Below are positions 15,430-29,541 of a DNA stretch of 64,000 bases, in pieces. Under the pieces are notes generated by a model. It was not told the DNA's origin. It was given only the letters and a program-made list of their open reading frames with translations, and made no database searches. The stretch lies in contig NC_043002.1 in assembly GCF_006345805.1 (NCBI RefSeq), positions 34,472,001 through 34,536,000 of the forward strand. The letters run 5' to 3'. Position numbers and translations under genes: made by a program. Each line of letters starts with the position of its first letter. Positions within the stretch are counted from its first letter, which is position 1. Origin of the DNA: Octopus sinensis (Eukaryota).

Positions 15430-15750
15430 ATACACCACCACCAACACCAATACCACCACTACCATCACCACCACCACCACCACCACCACCAACGCCACCA
15501 TCATCACCACTACCGACGACGTCGCCACCACCACCGCCGCCGCCGCAGCCAGCACCACCACCACCACCACCACCACCACCGCTGCTGCCGTCACCTCCAC
15601 CACCAAGGTCAATAACTCTGCTGCTATCACTTCTCCAACCGACACCACTACGGCTATCAATTCCAGTCCCACTCCACTGCTACCACCACTGTCCATCGTA
15701 CTACTATCACCACCACCGCCACAACCACCACCCTCTACCACCAATGTCGC
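15430..15750. repeat. Degenerate (CAC/CCA)n trinucleotide tract
   Basis: Direct reading; source of the Thr/His/Val-rich ORFs. Confidence 0.9.
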
Positions 15751-15861
15751 TCTATAGTCACCATGGTAATCATGTTTAGTATTGACTTTTTGAGTTTTCA
15801 TTTTCAAAATAAGATTGTGTATGTGCGTGTGCTTGTGCATGTGTGTATGTATGTGTATGTT

Positions 15862-15926
<65 letters not shown>

Positions 15927-16226
15927 TGTGTGTGTCTGTCTGTGTGTGTGAGTGTGTGCGTGCGTGTGAGTATGCGTGTGTTTATTACATGCTACATCTG
16001 AATGAGGTGGCAGTGCCCATGGCCTTCTCAGGTTCACCGGCACCGGTGAGATTGATGCCTGGTTAATATATTAGATTGATGAAACGGACGGCCTCTCCGT
16101 AGAGGCTACTTCCTGTCAAAATAACCCATACACACAACACAACACGCCCGCCCGCCCATGCACGCAAGCACACACACACACACACATACATACATACATA
16201 CATACATACATACATACATACATACA

Positions 16227-16256
<30 letters not shown>

Positions 16257-16257
<1 letters not shown>

Positions 16258-16385
16258 CCAATCCATCACTGGAACTGTAAAAATCTGTAAGATTTCCAGA
16301 AGTTTATCATTGAAATATATATGAGCATATCTAGATATGCAAATATATGAATGAGAATGAATACATAAAACATACAAATCTGCAC
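16257..16385 (+). mobile_element. 3' tip of the same RLE family between two (CATA)n tracts
   Basis: Closely similar to the reverse complement of ~14150-14300 (ATCCATCACTGGAACTGTAAAAATCTGTAA...GAGCATATCTAGATATGCA). Confidence 0.8.
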
Positions 16386-16400
16386 ATACATACATACATG

Positions 16401-16436
<36 letters not shown>

Positions 16437-16501
16437 TACATACATACATACATACATACATACATACATACATACATACATACATACATACATACATACA
16501 T

Positions 16502-17740
16502 AGGAGGAACCTACTTTCAATGTGGGTAGCCTACAAGAAAGCTTTTGACTCAGTTCCCCACACTTGGATGCTAGAAGCACTTCAACTTGCTAAATTTCCA
16601 GTGAGCATAATCAAAGCCATAGCTGACCTGACTTCATCGTGGGCCACCATCTTGAAATTAAACACAAAGAGTGATTGTATTATCACTGATAAAATACAGT
16701 ACCGTATATTCCAAGTGGACAACCTCTCTTTGATGTTTATTCTTTCTGTAAACTCCTTGTAATTCATATTAAGGAAATCTGAAGGATATCTCACTGGTTC
16801 ACAAAGAAAGTGAAATACCAAAATTATACACTGTTTCTTTGTGGATGACTTAGAACTTTATGCAAAGAATATGCACGAGATGAAAAGAGCCTTGCTTAGT
16901 TACAACATTCTGAAAGGATGTAGGGTTGGAGTTTGATCAGGATAAATGTTATATGGTTGTGAAAAGGGGGGAAAACTGTAAACAAAACTAGCAACATCTC
17001 TATCAATGACTTGACTGTTTTCCCTATATCTGACGAGGAATGTTACTGGTATCTAGGAGTGGATAAAAATATATTTTACAAGGGCGCCTGTAACAAAACA
17101 CGTATCACTAAAGAATATTACAGCTGAATAAAGAAAATTTGGACCTCAGAACTCTCTGCTCTCAACAGAACAGTGGCCCACAATGTGTTTGATTAGACGC
17201 TTGAAGATATCCGAGCCATTGATGTTAAAACCTGAAAAATACTAACATGCACACAATTTCCACATAAACAGTGTCGCAGACCGCCACTACCTAAAACGAA
17301 AACAAGGTGGCAGAGGCTTGCATCGATCGAAAGTGCCTTTGAATGTCGTATCATATCCCTTCGGCAACATCTTTTAACCACTAAGTGTCGAAGTACATCC
17401 CTTGACCAAGTTTGCATACATGAGGCTGATAACATCATAAGACTTGGAAGGCTGCTCATTGAGCAACACTCTTCGTCTGATAACCTAGAATACATGCCCA
17501 AAGAAGTCGCACAACTCTACTGCAACGTATAATCAGATGAAAGGATGAGCATATATGAGCAGAAAACTATGTATGAACATGTTAGAAGAAAGCTCCAAGA
17601 TGATAGTAACATTTATCATCAAAACAGTCTATCATGGACCAATAACCGGATTACTACTTCCCACTTTGAAGAGTATGCGTTTGCAATCAAGGAACAGGAA
17701 ATATCAATCAAGTATGATGAAACATATGCAACCATATGAT
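16502..17740 (+). mobile_element. R4/Dong-like reverse transcriptase fragment (degenerate)
   Basis: YKKAFDSVPHTW, IFQVDNLS, FVDDL, YLGVD, YAFAIKEQEI; its 3' end overlaps in homology with 14890-14990. Confidence 0.85.
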
Positions 17741-20700
17741 CCTCAAAGGAGTTTTAGTTTGTGGGGGATAGTGGTTCGTAATGATTGGCTGTAGCTCATA
17801 CTTACCTTTCTCGCATATGATATGATTTTTGCTTCTTAGCTCAGTATGTCATCTAGTAATTTTATATAGTTTAAAGCAGTGGTTAATAATGGTTTAGTTG
17901 CAGAATGGTAGTATTCTTTTGAGCATAAGTGTAAGAACTTATTTTCCATTTTGTTTTGGATTTATTTCAACCACCTAAAGACTTCTTATGTGTTTAATCT
18001 AAGTAGTCTTAATACCACAAAAATGAACGTCAGTTAATTTTTAGATATTTAAATCCTGTAGGTTGTTTCATGAAAATGGACGTGTGCATTAAAGAGCGAG
18101 AAGAATACAATCATATGACACTAATATTTGGTCATGTACCCGAAATTTCTCAAAACTGGAATCACAAGTATAAGGTATTGAAGTTTGTTGGTCTCATCTG
18201 GAATTTCTTCCCATTTTGTAGACATGTAATCATACAATACCCTTGCTGCGTAAATTTCCTTTGTTGAATGCTCATGTCTCCTGTTTCTTTAAGTTTTCCC
18301 TCATTTTTCAATTCCGAGAATTAGTTAGCCGTTATGACACTTGGAGAGTCTTACATCTGATGGTTCATATGATATGAATCGAGTCATTATTATCAAAAGT
18401 TCACAACTGGCCCAAAAACCTCTTGACATATGAAAGTATAGCTTTCCCCAAAAATCTCTATATTCACTATACATTTCACGACGACCTTCATCTGCTGTAC
18501 CTTATCTTGTCGTGCAACTCTAAGCATAACATCGTTACTACTAAGTTATTTATCTACGCTGAATGAAATTCTTTACCAATGTGAACTGGACATATATTTG
18601 GTTATAAGAAACGAAAAAAATTAAATTTCGACCATCCGACCACAAAACTTTTAACCAATTCGGTGTCATCTAATTCTTATGCTCCTGAGTGCCTAAATGC
18701 GATCGCGTTTATTTTTTTTTTTTTCGCTAATGTTTACGGTATTTTTTACATCCAAAATCTTTTTTATTATGTCATCAATGTGTATATTCCGTTTCTCTCG
18801 TTCGAAACAACAACAGCGGTTACTTTCCTGTTCTTCATCGATAACCAGTCAGTGTGTTGATTCATTTTTCAGCAGATTTTTTGTTTTGGGCTTTTTTTTT
18901 TTTTTTGCAGCTACTCTAATTGAAGACGTGTGTGAGAGTGTGTGCGTATACGCTTAATTGCAATTATTCACACCAATGTGAACCTATAACCAAATGTATG
19001 TTTGTTTGTGTGTTATGTATGTATGTATGTATGTATGTATGTAGGTATACTTGTATGTGTTTGGGTAAGTGTATATATGAAAAAGTGAATAGAATAAAAT
19101 TTCGTTATTAGCTATGTCCGGATGTTTTGTTGTCGCCTGTTACATTCGTGTACCATTTTTTGTTTTTTTGTTTTTATATATACATATAGCGGCGTACGTA
19201 CACTTTTGGTATCCTGCATGTAAGTACATATACATATCTGAATTCTGTACGACTCTTTTACTCTTTCTTTTAGCCCCCTTCACACTTTCTTCGTTCTTTC
19301 CACTTTTCTTTTTCATGCCCCCCCTCTCTCACATTTCTTGGCCTTCCCTTCATTCTCACTCTCCCTCCTCTTTTACCTCACTCTGTCCCTTTCCTTTCTT
19401 TTTCTCTCTTTCTCGTCCCTCCATAATTCTTCAATCCCTCTGCTCCCTACCTCTCTCCTTCCACGTGACCGGTGTTCCGTCAAGCCTGACCTTTCTTTCT
19501 TGGTTCGACTACCACCTGTGTAACGTCTCTTATATTCCTTCCCATGACTGCCATGTCTTATGTTCCTGCCGTAAGGCTTCACTTCCTCATACGCCAGCTT
19601 AGTCGATAGACACCTGTTGTTTGTATTTGTAATTGTGTACTATTTCTACGTTTTTTTACGTCCTTCTTTTCGTATACATTCGTTTGCTTTGTTCGAAGGA
19701 GTCTAGTGCTCTTAGCTTAGATTATCTTGAGGACGGCCAGATTGGAGCAGTCTCGAGTGTAACCGACCGAAACTGCAAAGATGATCTGGAATTCGACTGA
19801 AGATAGGAAGCTCCGAATGACCCGTCCTTGTTTTTTCCTGTTCTTTCTTTTGCATCGTCTAACTGTCCGGATGTTTTGTTATCGCTTGTTACGTTCTTGT
19901 TCTATTTTTTGCTTTATATATATATATATAACCAATTCAAATGAATAAACAATTCGAATAAATGGATAAAAAACGAATATGAGTACGTGCACAAGAAGCA
20001 TATTAACTTGACGCTCTGTGAAAGAAAAGAGTTTAATGTTTTGTGCATAGCTCTTCGTCGGAAAGGAGAAAGGAAAAAGTCCAAAGAAGGAGGAGAGAAG
20101 AAATCGCCAACGGACGGCATTTAGTTATCGCTAATGACGAAATTTTACTCTGCTTGCCGGCTATTTACAACAGCAGTTATTGCTCAGTCACTATTTTTCT
20201 ATATCGTAGAGGGTAAATGTGTCTAAGCACGCGGCTGATAGTGGATATTTGCTACTGATGACGCGCAAAGACGCTGAAATCTAGATTTAGTAATTCCACC
20301 ACCGCTGCTGGGCGCTTTTCGGCTCCTGCTGATACACTTCTGTGCCTTTTAGCTCTATACGTCTATACGAGATGCTTTCTCAAGACGAATACCGCAGTTT
20401 TGTGGCTTTCTACAGCGTATCCACATTAAGTAAGATATACAGAATAGTATATGTATGTGTACATATATTCATATGTTTACGCATGTATGTGTGTGTGCAT
20501 GTATGTGTGTGTGCGTGAGTGTGTGTGTATGTGTGTGTTGGTGTCTGTGTCTGTATCTATGTCTTTGTGTGTCTGTGTGTGTGTGCCTGTCTGTATGCAT
20601 GTATCATATATCTATTTATTTATATAGTTCAATTAAATTATTATACTGTTTGTACACAGTAATGGAAACTCTGTTTTCATAAAATTTACAGCTTTCATGT

Positions 20701-21049
20701 TCGTTCAGCAAGCTTTATTATTCCATCAGTGATTTGACTTCTAGGTGTGAAGTATTTGTTACCAATTATGGCGCTTTTATGTTATTTTTATTGCATATGA
20801 TGCAGCAGACATTATCTCTAGAGCTGTGTGCACACTGTACCGTGGTTTGTGATTTCCCTGAAGATTATTTCATCCATGCCCATATTTAATGTACATCTGA
20901 TTTAAGTAATACGATTTATATACTTTAAATATGAATGACAAAATCGAAAAGGTGAAAACTGAACAGAGTGGTGTTTTTAATCTAACGCGTTTTTAAGATC
21001 ATTTCTATTAAACAGATCTGCCATTTTAGATGTTTCTACTGAGATTCTT

Positions 21050-21420
21050 TTACCTTTTACTTGTTTCAGTCATCAGACTGCGGCCATGCTGGGGCACCGC
21101 CTTGAAGAATTTTTAGTCGAGTGAATCGACCCCAGTACTTATTTTTGGTAAGCCTGATACTTATTCTATCGGGTTCTTTTTGCCGAACCGCTAAGTTACG
21201 GGGACGAGAACACACCAACACCGGTTGTCAAGCAGTGGTGCGGGACAAACGCAGACACAAGGAAACCCACTCGTATGTGCGCGCGTATGTGTGTACATAA
21301 ATACATATGTACGACGGGCTTATTTCAGTTTCCGTCTACAAAATCCACTCACAAGGCTTTGCACAAGGTGCATGCCGTGGGACCTAACCTGGAACCATGT
21401 GGTTGGGAAGCATGGATGTG
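21050..21420 (-). mobile_element. Bipartite SINE, minus strand
   Basis: Reverse complement of the 10172 family. Confidence 0.8.
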
Positions 21421-23419
21421 TCCATACCACAAGAATCTGTGAGACTAGTACAGTCAACTCTTTGTCTGACCTCTGTATCACATGTGATACACAGTATATA
21501 TTTCTCTGATCTCCATGCATCATATATTATACATATGCCCAATTTTTTTTTTCAACCACCAGAGCAGGCCCGTCACCAGACTTCGGAGCAGAAGGGTGCT
21601 TCAGAATATTCTAAGTGGGCATTAATTTGTAATAATGCTAAAGTGGAGTTTCAAAATAAGTTTATCACTGTAAATCTGAGGATGTACCATTGAATAGTGA
21701 AGGGGCAGTACCGTCCAATGCACTCCCTTAGCGACGAGCATGCACCAAAGTAACTTGCAAATTATGAAAGGAAAGATTTATTTTGGTGAGAACGTATGAA
21801 ACAAGTCTGCGAACAAGCATGGACTTTTAGGGCAAACTTATGAAAGTGCCTTGAATAAGTAAAGGTTCCATATTCCTATTGAATGGTCACAAGTTGGTAA
21901 CTGAGGAAACAACATGGACTAAGAGTTGGAGATTCTTGAAGGTCGATGTTCTGGAGATAAAGAACTGAATATTACGATCAGTGCAGGACTTGAAGTAAAC
22001 GCAATATGTAAACTTATCCCATGGTCCATCAGCGCCTATATGTCTCCTTTCGTCTATGTTTACAAGTTCTATTTACCACTACCACAGGGCCCACCTGTGT
22101 ATACATGTCTTCTTTAACATTACAACTCTGTCGATTATGTCTACATGTCCCATGTACCACTATGACACTGTCCACGTGTGCTTACATGTTTCATGTAACA
22201 ATACAACACTGTTGACAATGTCCACATGCTCCATGTACTCCTACCACATTGTTCACTTTTGTCTACATGTTCCTGTAGCACTAAAATATTGTTGACAATG
22301 CCTACTTGTCCCATAGACCGCTGTAACACTGTCCACTTGTGTCTACATAACTCCCAGAGCACTGTAACATTCTAAAGCTGTTTATTATTCATTTAAATCA
22401 ATAATTCCGGCAACTTTAAATCAATAACTGCTGACATGAATAGAACGATATGCACCTATCAAACCGAATCACCGAGGAACCTCCTCTGCTGTCAATGATC
22501 AATAGAACTTCGAAGGACTCATTAGAAAGAAGGGCAACATTGAACATTATTGTCGAAGATACTTTTTAATGGATGATTATGACAGGAATGCTTTTGGTCA
22601 CATATCTTGTCTGTCGCAGACAGATCTGACTCGGGGCTACACAACGGCAACAACAATAACAACAATGACAACAACGATGATGACTTCAGCCAGATATCAT
22701 TGGCCAATTTCACTAAAGGTAATTAGGTCTGTTTCACCTGTCACCTTTTGAAAATGTCGATAGATTTGATGACCTTTCCTAATTATCTAATATTAAATGT
22801 CTTCGGAAGATAATGGTTATATCTGTTGATAAAATAACTAAATATTTTCCTTTCTTCTGAGTTTTTCGACAAACAACTACTTCTCATTTGTCTTTATAGA
22901 AACACTCCCATACATGTACACATTTATAGAGACACACTCACAGACATATACACGGACATACGCACTCATGCACAAACGCACACACACACTTGCAAATATA
23001 TAGATTTCAAACATAACTACAAGGTCAAACATTTTGGGGCGAGAGTTATTTTATCAAGCCACAACTACGTAAGATAAAGTAGACCCCGGTAAGATTTAAC
23101 CATTAGAACGCAAAGAACTACAGTTGAATACCGTAATTCATTTTGCCATGTGCTCTTCCCATCTGTAGAGATCCTCAGCCTTTTTTATACGTATATAATG
23201 ATTAGTATTATGTATACATGTGTAAGTATGTGTGTGTGTACTTGTAGAGTACCTAAATACAGGCGAGAAGTGTAAAACAGTACTCAATGCCGAGGGGTGA
23301 GATTTATAGTTATTACAGCTGACGCTTCACATCTAATTATTTGAATTTCACACATTCTTAATCATTAAACAGATGACATGATCGAGAAGCTGAAATTCGA
23401 ATAAACCTAGATGTGATGG

Positions 23420-23780
23420 ATGAGATGACTGCTCCTGCAAGAGCATACCTAAATGATATGCACTCCGTCGGTTACGACACACGAGGTTCCAGTGATCTGA
23501 CCAACCCGTAAGCTCCTCGTTACAAAATTAACATTGCACGCTGGATCGGAGTACTCCACAAGCACGTATACCCTTAATGTAGTTCTCGGGGAAATTCAAC
23601 ATGACACAGAGTGTGACAACGCTGGCTCTTTGAAATACAGGTACTACTCATATTTTGCCAGCTGAGTGGACCGGCGCAAAATGAAATAAAGTGTCTTGCT
23701 CAAGGACACAGCACGTCGCCGGGAATTGAACTCACGACCTTATGATTGTAAGCCATAACGACTAAGCCTGGCGCCTTCAC
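23420..23780 (-). mobile_element. tRNA-derived SINE, minus strand
   Basis: Reverse complement has GGCTTAGT...GGTCGTGAGTTCAATTCC...TGTGTCCTTGAGCAAGACAC; relative at ~9330-9563. Confidence 0.7.
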
Positions 23781-24141
23781 AGACACACACACGCTCATTC
23801 ACACACGCACGCACACACACACACTGCTATTAGCTAATATATCAGTCAACCTTTGTAACAAATATTAATTAGCACATCCGGCATAAGTTAGATGCGTTGT
23901 TTATAGCGCCTAGAACTCCCATAAACGTCCCGAGAAATTATCTCCTGTACACGACAAATGTTCAAAAGCATTGATGATATCAGTTGATATTGCGTCAACA
24001 CCGGTGGATGGTACTGTGGTATCACAGAATTTCATTGTATTAAATATTTGTCGAGACGTTTATTGCAGTCATAAACAACACATACAAATTATATTGGATT
24101 TACTAATTAATATAGATAGAGAGAGAGAGAGAGAGAAGAGA

Positions 24142-24173
<32 letters not shown>

Positions 24174-24214
24174 TCAGAAAATGGCGTTCACTTGTTTGGC
24201 AATTATATGCAATT

Positions 24215-24760
24215 ATATGTTACGATTCCGTATTGCTACTGTTTATATCTCGCTCAGAAATATAGCTTATTTCTCCCAGTTCTTTCTTTGGTTGGTAATC
24301 AATTTTAACTTTCCTAAGTGTCAGTTTTATAGGCATGAGTGCTATGACAAATACTAATGGTGAAAATGAGTCACCTTGAAAGATACCCGTTTTGATTTCT
24401 ACTTCTCTGAGGAATACATAGCTCGAGTACAACTTGGTCTTCCACTCAGACATACTATTCAGAAGAAAATTTGTGATGTTACCAGTAACACCAAACATTT
24501 GCATGCATTTAACTATCCAAGAATGAGAAACCATATCATATGCCCTTGAAAGTCAATCCAGGTCATAGACATGTTGGCATGATGGTTTTTACAATACCTC
24601 AAAAATGTCTTAACGATAACGAGTTGATCCTTGGTGCTCTGAGATCTCTTCCTGCGTCCTTTTTGTTCCTTTGGTAATATTTCTTCCCACAAAAGGAAAA
24701 TATATACTTTCTCTGCAAATATTCCAGTAAGTGCCTTCATATTATATTCAGGTACGCTAT
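24215..24760 (-). mobile_element. RLE-clade (R4-like) RT fragment, second family
   Basis: EQKG..K.SQSTKDQL, MTWIDF..., VSHSWI, GIFQGDSFSPLVFVIALMP. Confidence 0.82.
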
Positions 24761-24812
24761 ACGACGGTAGATTCTCTACAATATTCTACTTTTGTTGTTG
24801 TTTATGTTGTTG

Positions 24813-25445
24813 TTAAGGCGGCGAACTGTCTGAATCGTTAACGCACTGGACGAAATGCTTAGCAATATTTCCGTCGTTACATTCTGAGTTCAAATTCCAC
24901 CGAGGTTAACTTTGCCTTTCATCCTTTCGGGATCGATAAAATAAGTTTCAGTTGAACACTGGGGGGTCGATGTAATCGACTCCACCCCCACCCCCAAATT
25001 TCAGGTATTGTGCATATAGTAGAAAGGATTATTATTGTTGTTGTTGTTGTTGTTAAGGCGGTGAGCTGGCTGAAACGTTAGCACGCCGGGCGAAACGCCT
25101 AGCGATATTTCGCTTGCTACGTTCTGAGTTCAAATTTCGCCATGGTCGACTTTGCTTTCATACTTTCGGGGTCGATAAATTAAGTACCAGTTATGCACTG
25201 GGGTCGATGTAATCGACTTAATCCGTTTGTCTGTCCTTGTTTGTACCCCTGTGTTTAGCCCCTTGTGGGTAGTAAAGAAATAGGTATTTCGCCCGTCGTT
25301 ACGTTCTGAGTTCAAATTCCGTCAAGGTCGACTTTGTCTTTCATTTTTTCGGACTCGATAAATTAAGTAGCAGTGAAACAGGGTTGATGTAATCGACTCA
25401 TCCCCTTCCCCAAAATGGCTGCCCTTGTGGCAAAATTTTAAACTA
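24813..25445 (+). mobile_element. Three head-to-tail copies of the same SINE
   Basis: GTTCTGAGTTCAAAT...GTCGACTTTG...GGGGTCGATGTAATCGACT repeated at ~24885, ~25121, ~25304. Confidence 0.85.
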
Positions 25446-25834
25446 TTATTGGAGTATTTGCATGCTGTACCTTGAAAAACAGCTGCAAGAGAGTTAAGCA
25501 CTGTTCATTGTGCAACAACATGAGTCAAGTAAATTCCATCAGGAATTACAACAGAAATGTTATGATTTATACAGAAGGTGGGACATGTAGCGATTCCTTA
25601 TTATTATTATTATTATTATTATTTTTAAAAAATATTTTTATTATTATTGTTATTATTATTGACACAAAATCATAGGATGGTATGACAGCCATGATCTGTA
25701 AAACACAGCTGATGACATCCATCTGATACAAAGAGTGAATTGCCGAAAGCAGGAAGATTTCCCAATCCTTAACCTTCGAAGACGTTTCCTCTTCAGGACT
25801 TTAACTACACACGCGCGCGCGCACATACACACAC

Positions 25835-25881
<47 letters not shown>

Positions 25882-25883
<2 letters not shown>

Positions 25884-27062
25884 CTAGCTGACGTACCCGA
25901 TAATTCTCGGAAAAGCGGGGCTCATACCCTGGTCCCGTTCTCGTAATTGTTTCGCTAATCTAATAGCAACAATACAAAGTATGTGACCCTTAAAACGGTT
26001 TTTGTGAATTTACAGAGAATACCGAACCGTCTTACATAGGATCTTATTTTTAGGAAATCTCAGTAAGTTATGAACACCAAAATCGTGAAGTCAGTTACGT
26101 AATAACATGCAAATTGGTTACCTGATAGTAACAACTCAAATAAAGTAGCCCTGAAAATGTGTTCCCAGAGTATATAGAACTTAAGAGAAATAGTAATAAG
26201 GCATGTATACCAAAATCATGAAGCATGTTATGTAATAACAGGCAAATCGGATATGAGATAATAACAATTCAAAGTAAGTAACTCTGAAAAGTTCTTCATG
26301 CAGCGCCTGTCAAATGGCTGAAGATGACATGAAAGGCATCGTCAGTCATGGTATATTCACGAATAAATCACTAACCGAAATAAGTGGACCTGTTGTTGAG
26401 GAAAATACTTTTTACTTGTTTAAGGGTTGTTCTTGGTAAAGTGCGATACCAAATAAAATGTAATATTTGGAAAATTTTTTGCACAGTTGCCATAGAAAGA
26501 GTACGCTAATGGTAAAATTTGCAAATAAGTTATGACATTGATATCTCCATAACCCATGGTGAGATTTTACTTAAATTTGCTTTAAATTAAAGAGCTTAGG
26601 TAGGTGTATGAAATGCTATTAAATTTATATATTGACTTAAGACAGGGGTTAGATTGATAGTATCACTGACCTTATCTAACAACTTCTTGTAAGAAAGTCC
26701 ATATAATGTAGAAAGCACAAGTATTTATACAACGTAATCAATGGCAGCCGGTCATTCTAATAATATTGCTTCTCTAATAAATGGAGGTAGAAATGACCAG
26801 TGGGCAAAAGAAAAAAATACATAAAACTAAATGGGTTATTTCCCTTTGGCCGTTAAAAGAAAATAGGTTATAACTGGACCCATTCTAGGGGCCATAGTCG
26901 TCCAATTATAGATTTTTATTAAATTGCAATTAGCCTCATAACAAACGGGATGTTAGTATAATATGTATGCAAAGTTTCATGAAGATTCGTTTACGGGTGT
27001 AGACCGCAACTTGACACAAACAAACACAACCAAACAGACTGCCGTTTATGTATGTATAGACG
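25882..27062. mobile_element. Non-autonomous Helitron-like (Lep1/DINE-type ends) element
   Basis: Starts ACTAGCTGACGTACCCG after (TA)n and ends ...AAACAAAC...GCCGTTTATGTATGTATAGA; internal blocks are homologous to 6545-6660 and 8290-8450. Confidence 0.5.
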
Positions 27063-28017
27063 AGTTCCTATGTTGTGTGGATGTATGTGCTTGTGTCTGT
27101 GTGCGTGTGTATGTGTGTGTGTGTGTGTGTGTGTCTGTCTGTGTATGTGTGTGTGCAGATAAAAGAAAGCCATACAGTACATTTATACAATCTAATCTCA
27201 TCCATTTACTCTTATATATAGATATTATATCTTAAAGCTTAATATTTCGGGATTAAAGTGCCTTATTCAAAAATTTGAAAAACAATGACAATGATGAAAT
27301 TGCATGAAACAACAGATGTTCTTTGATTATCCACCCCACCGCTGTCCACTCCTAAACCATTTCCTCTTCTTCACTTCCTCTTCTTTCCGTCAAGTGGAAA
27401 TTCCTAAACTTCCAACGTGACGGCCTAAGTGATATTAAACAACATCCTTTTTTAGTACAGAAGCGAAAATCTCGCTTGAAGCCTCATATCATTGTGATGT
27501 GATAGGAGTAATTTCTTCATGATTTTCCTCTTCGTCCCTCACTCTCTCTCTCACTCACTCTCACTCTCTATCTATCTATTTATCTATCTCTATCACTATC
27601 TCTACTTCTATCTTTCTCTCTCTCCTTTTCTCCTTCTCTCTCACACTCTCTCAAGTTGTTATAGTAAAGTAGTAATGAGCTTTCTTTTCTACCCTTTTTT
27701 ACTCTTTTTCCCAGAGCTCTGCCCATTTTTGCAAGTGAAATAAATTTAGGGAGCTTCAGAAATGTAGTCAAAAATGATTACATGAACAAAGTACATTCTA
27801 TGCAGAAAATCCACAAAGTACACTTTTATAGAATTTATCTCATCCATCTTCTCCACCAATGACGTAACTTAAAGTTGATATTTCAATATTTCAATATTGA
27901 AATGATTTGCTTAAAGCTTACTATGGTAACAACAATAAAGAAAGAAGTCATTGTTGGACATCAGATATACTTCAGTAATAACTAAGTGTACATACACACA
28001 CACACACAAATATATTC

Positions 28018-28160
28018 ACGGTAAGACGCTTGCTTTCCAACCATATGGTCCTAGGTTCGGTTCCCCTGTGTGGCACATAAGGCAAATGTCTTCTACTATA
28101 GCCTCGGGCCGACCAAAGTCTTGTGAGAGGATTTGGTAGACGGAAACTGAAAGAAGTCAA

Positions 28161-28219
<59 letters not shown>

Positions 28220-28610
28220 CATAGTGAGAATTTACAAAGAAACAAAAAACGAAGATGGGTGCGTAAATAAGATGTATTAGTTTAACGAGCGGGAAGTGAG
28301 AACGTCTTTTACGTTTCGAGCCTACGCTCTTCGACAGAAAGGAATGTATGCATGTATGTATGTATGTGTATATACATCTATGTGTGTGGTGTGCGTTTTG
28401 TGTCTGTGTTTGTCCCCACAACACCGCTTGACAACCAGTGTTGGTATGTTAACGCCCCCATAACTTAGCGGTTCAGCAAAGATACCGATAGAATAAGTAT
28501 TAGACTTAAGAAATAAGTCCTGGGGTCGATTTGTTCGACTAAAACCCTTCAAGGCAGTGCACCAGTATGGCCGCAGTCAAATGACTGAAACAAGTAAAAG
28601 AATAAAAGAA
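28018..28610 (+). mobile_element. Bipartite SINE with (TA)n and a second repeat inserted in its central tract
   Basis: Head 28018-28160, tail 28395-28610. Confidence 0.8.
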
Positions 28611-29159
28611 TATATATTACGGGTTCCAGTCATTGGAATGCGACCATGCTGGGGCACCGCCTTGAAGGGTTCTAATCGAATGAATTTATTTTTTAAAGCC
28701 TAACATTTATTCTATCGGTCTCTTCGGCCGAACTCGTAGGTTACAGGGATGCAAAAAAAAACAAAGTTTGAAATGTACGCATAGCACATGGTAGGGAGCT
28801 TTAACACAAACATAACAATACTAGAACTGATATGTACATATATATTTAATGGTGAAATGAACTTGATGAAATATACATATATCATGAATGATTGACAAAA
28901 TATGAAATGTATGCAAAGCAACTGGTAGAGAACTTTAACGCAAAATAACATTAGTAACGATGAAATGTACGTGTATCTTGAATGACAAGTCAAATATTAA
29001 ATGTGTATATATATATATGCGAAGATGATCCGGTTCTTGACTGAGGATAGAAAGCTTTGAATGACCCGTCCTTGCTCTTTTGTATCGTCTATCTAGATGT
29101 TTTGTTGTCCCTTTTTGTATCACCTAGTTGTCCGGATGTTTTGCGTTCTTGTCCCATTT

Positions 29160-29216
<57 letters not shown>

Positions 29217-29313
29217 ATAGTTAATCCAAACATAAACACAAAAAAACACAGCAACGCGAGGACGTGGAACAGATAAAGTATTATTGGACGCTCAGGAAAG
29301 AAGGGAAGGAGGG

Positions 29314-29346
29314 TTTAACGTTTCGAGCGGAGCTCTTCGTCAGAAC
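29314..29346 (-). ncRNA. Minimal type I hammerhead-ribozyme-like motif (Penelope-type repeat)
   Basis: Minus strand GTT-CTGACGA-AGAGC-TCC-GCTC-GAAAC-GTTA-AAC. Confidence 0.5.
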
Positions 29347-29451
29347 AAAGGAGAAGGAAGATCCCGAAAGGGAAGACAGAGGAAAAAAAATTGCTGGCGG
29401 TGCTCACGAGGTCACATACATAGCGGCGTACGTACACTTTGTTCTTTTATA

Positions 29452-29541
<90 letters not shown>

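Noticed and set aside
15388-15840. Thr/Pro-rich mucin-like ORF and overlapping His/Val-rich ORFs
   Set aside because: Open in several frames because it is a (CAC)n tract; no splice or domain support
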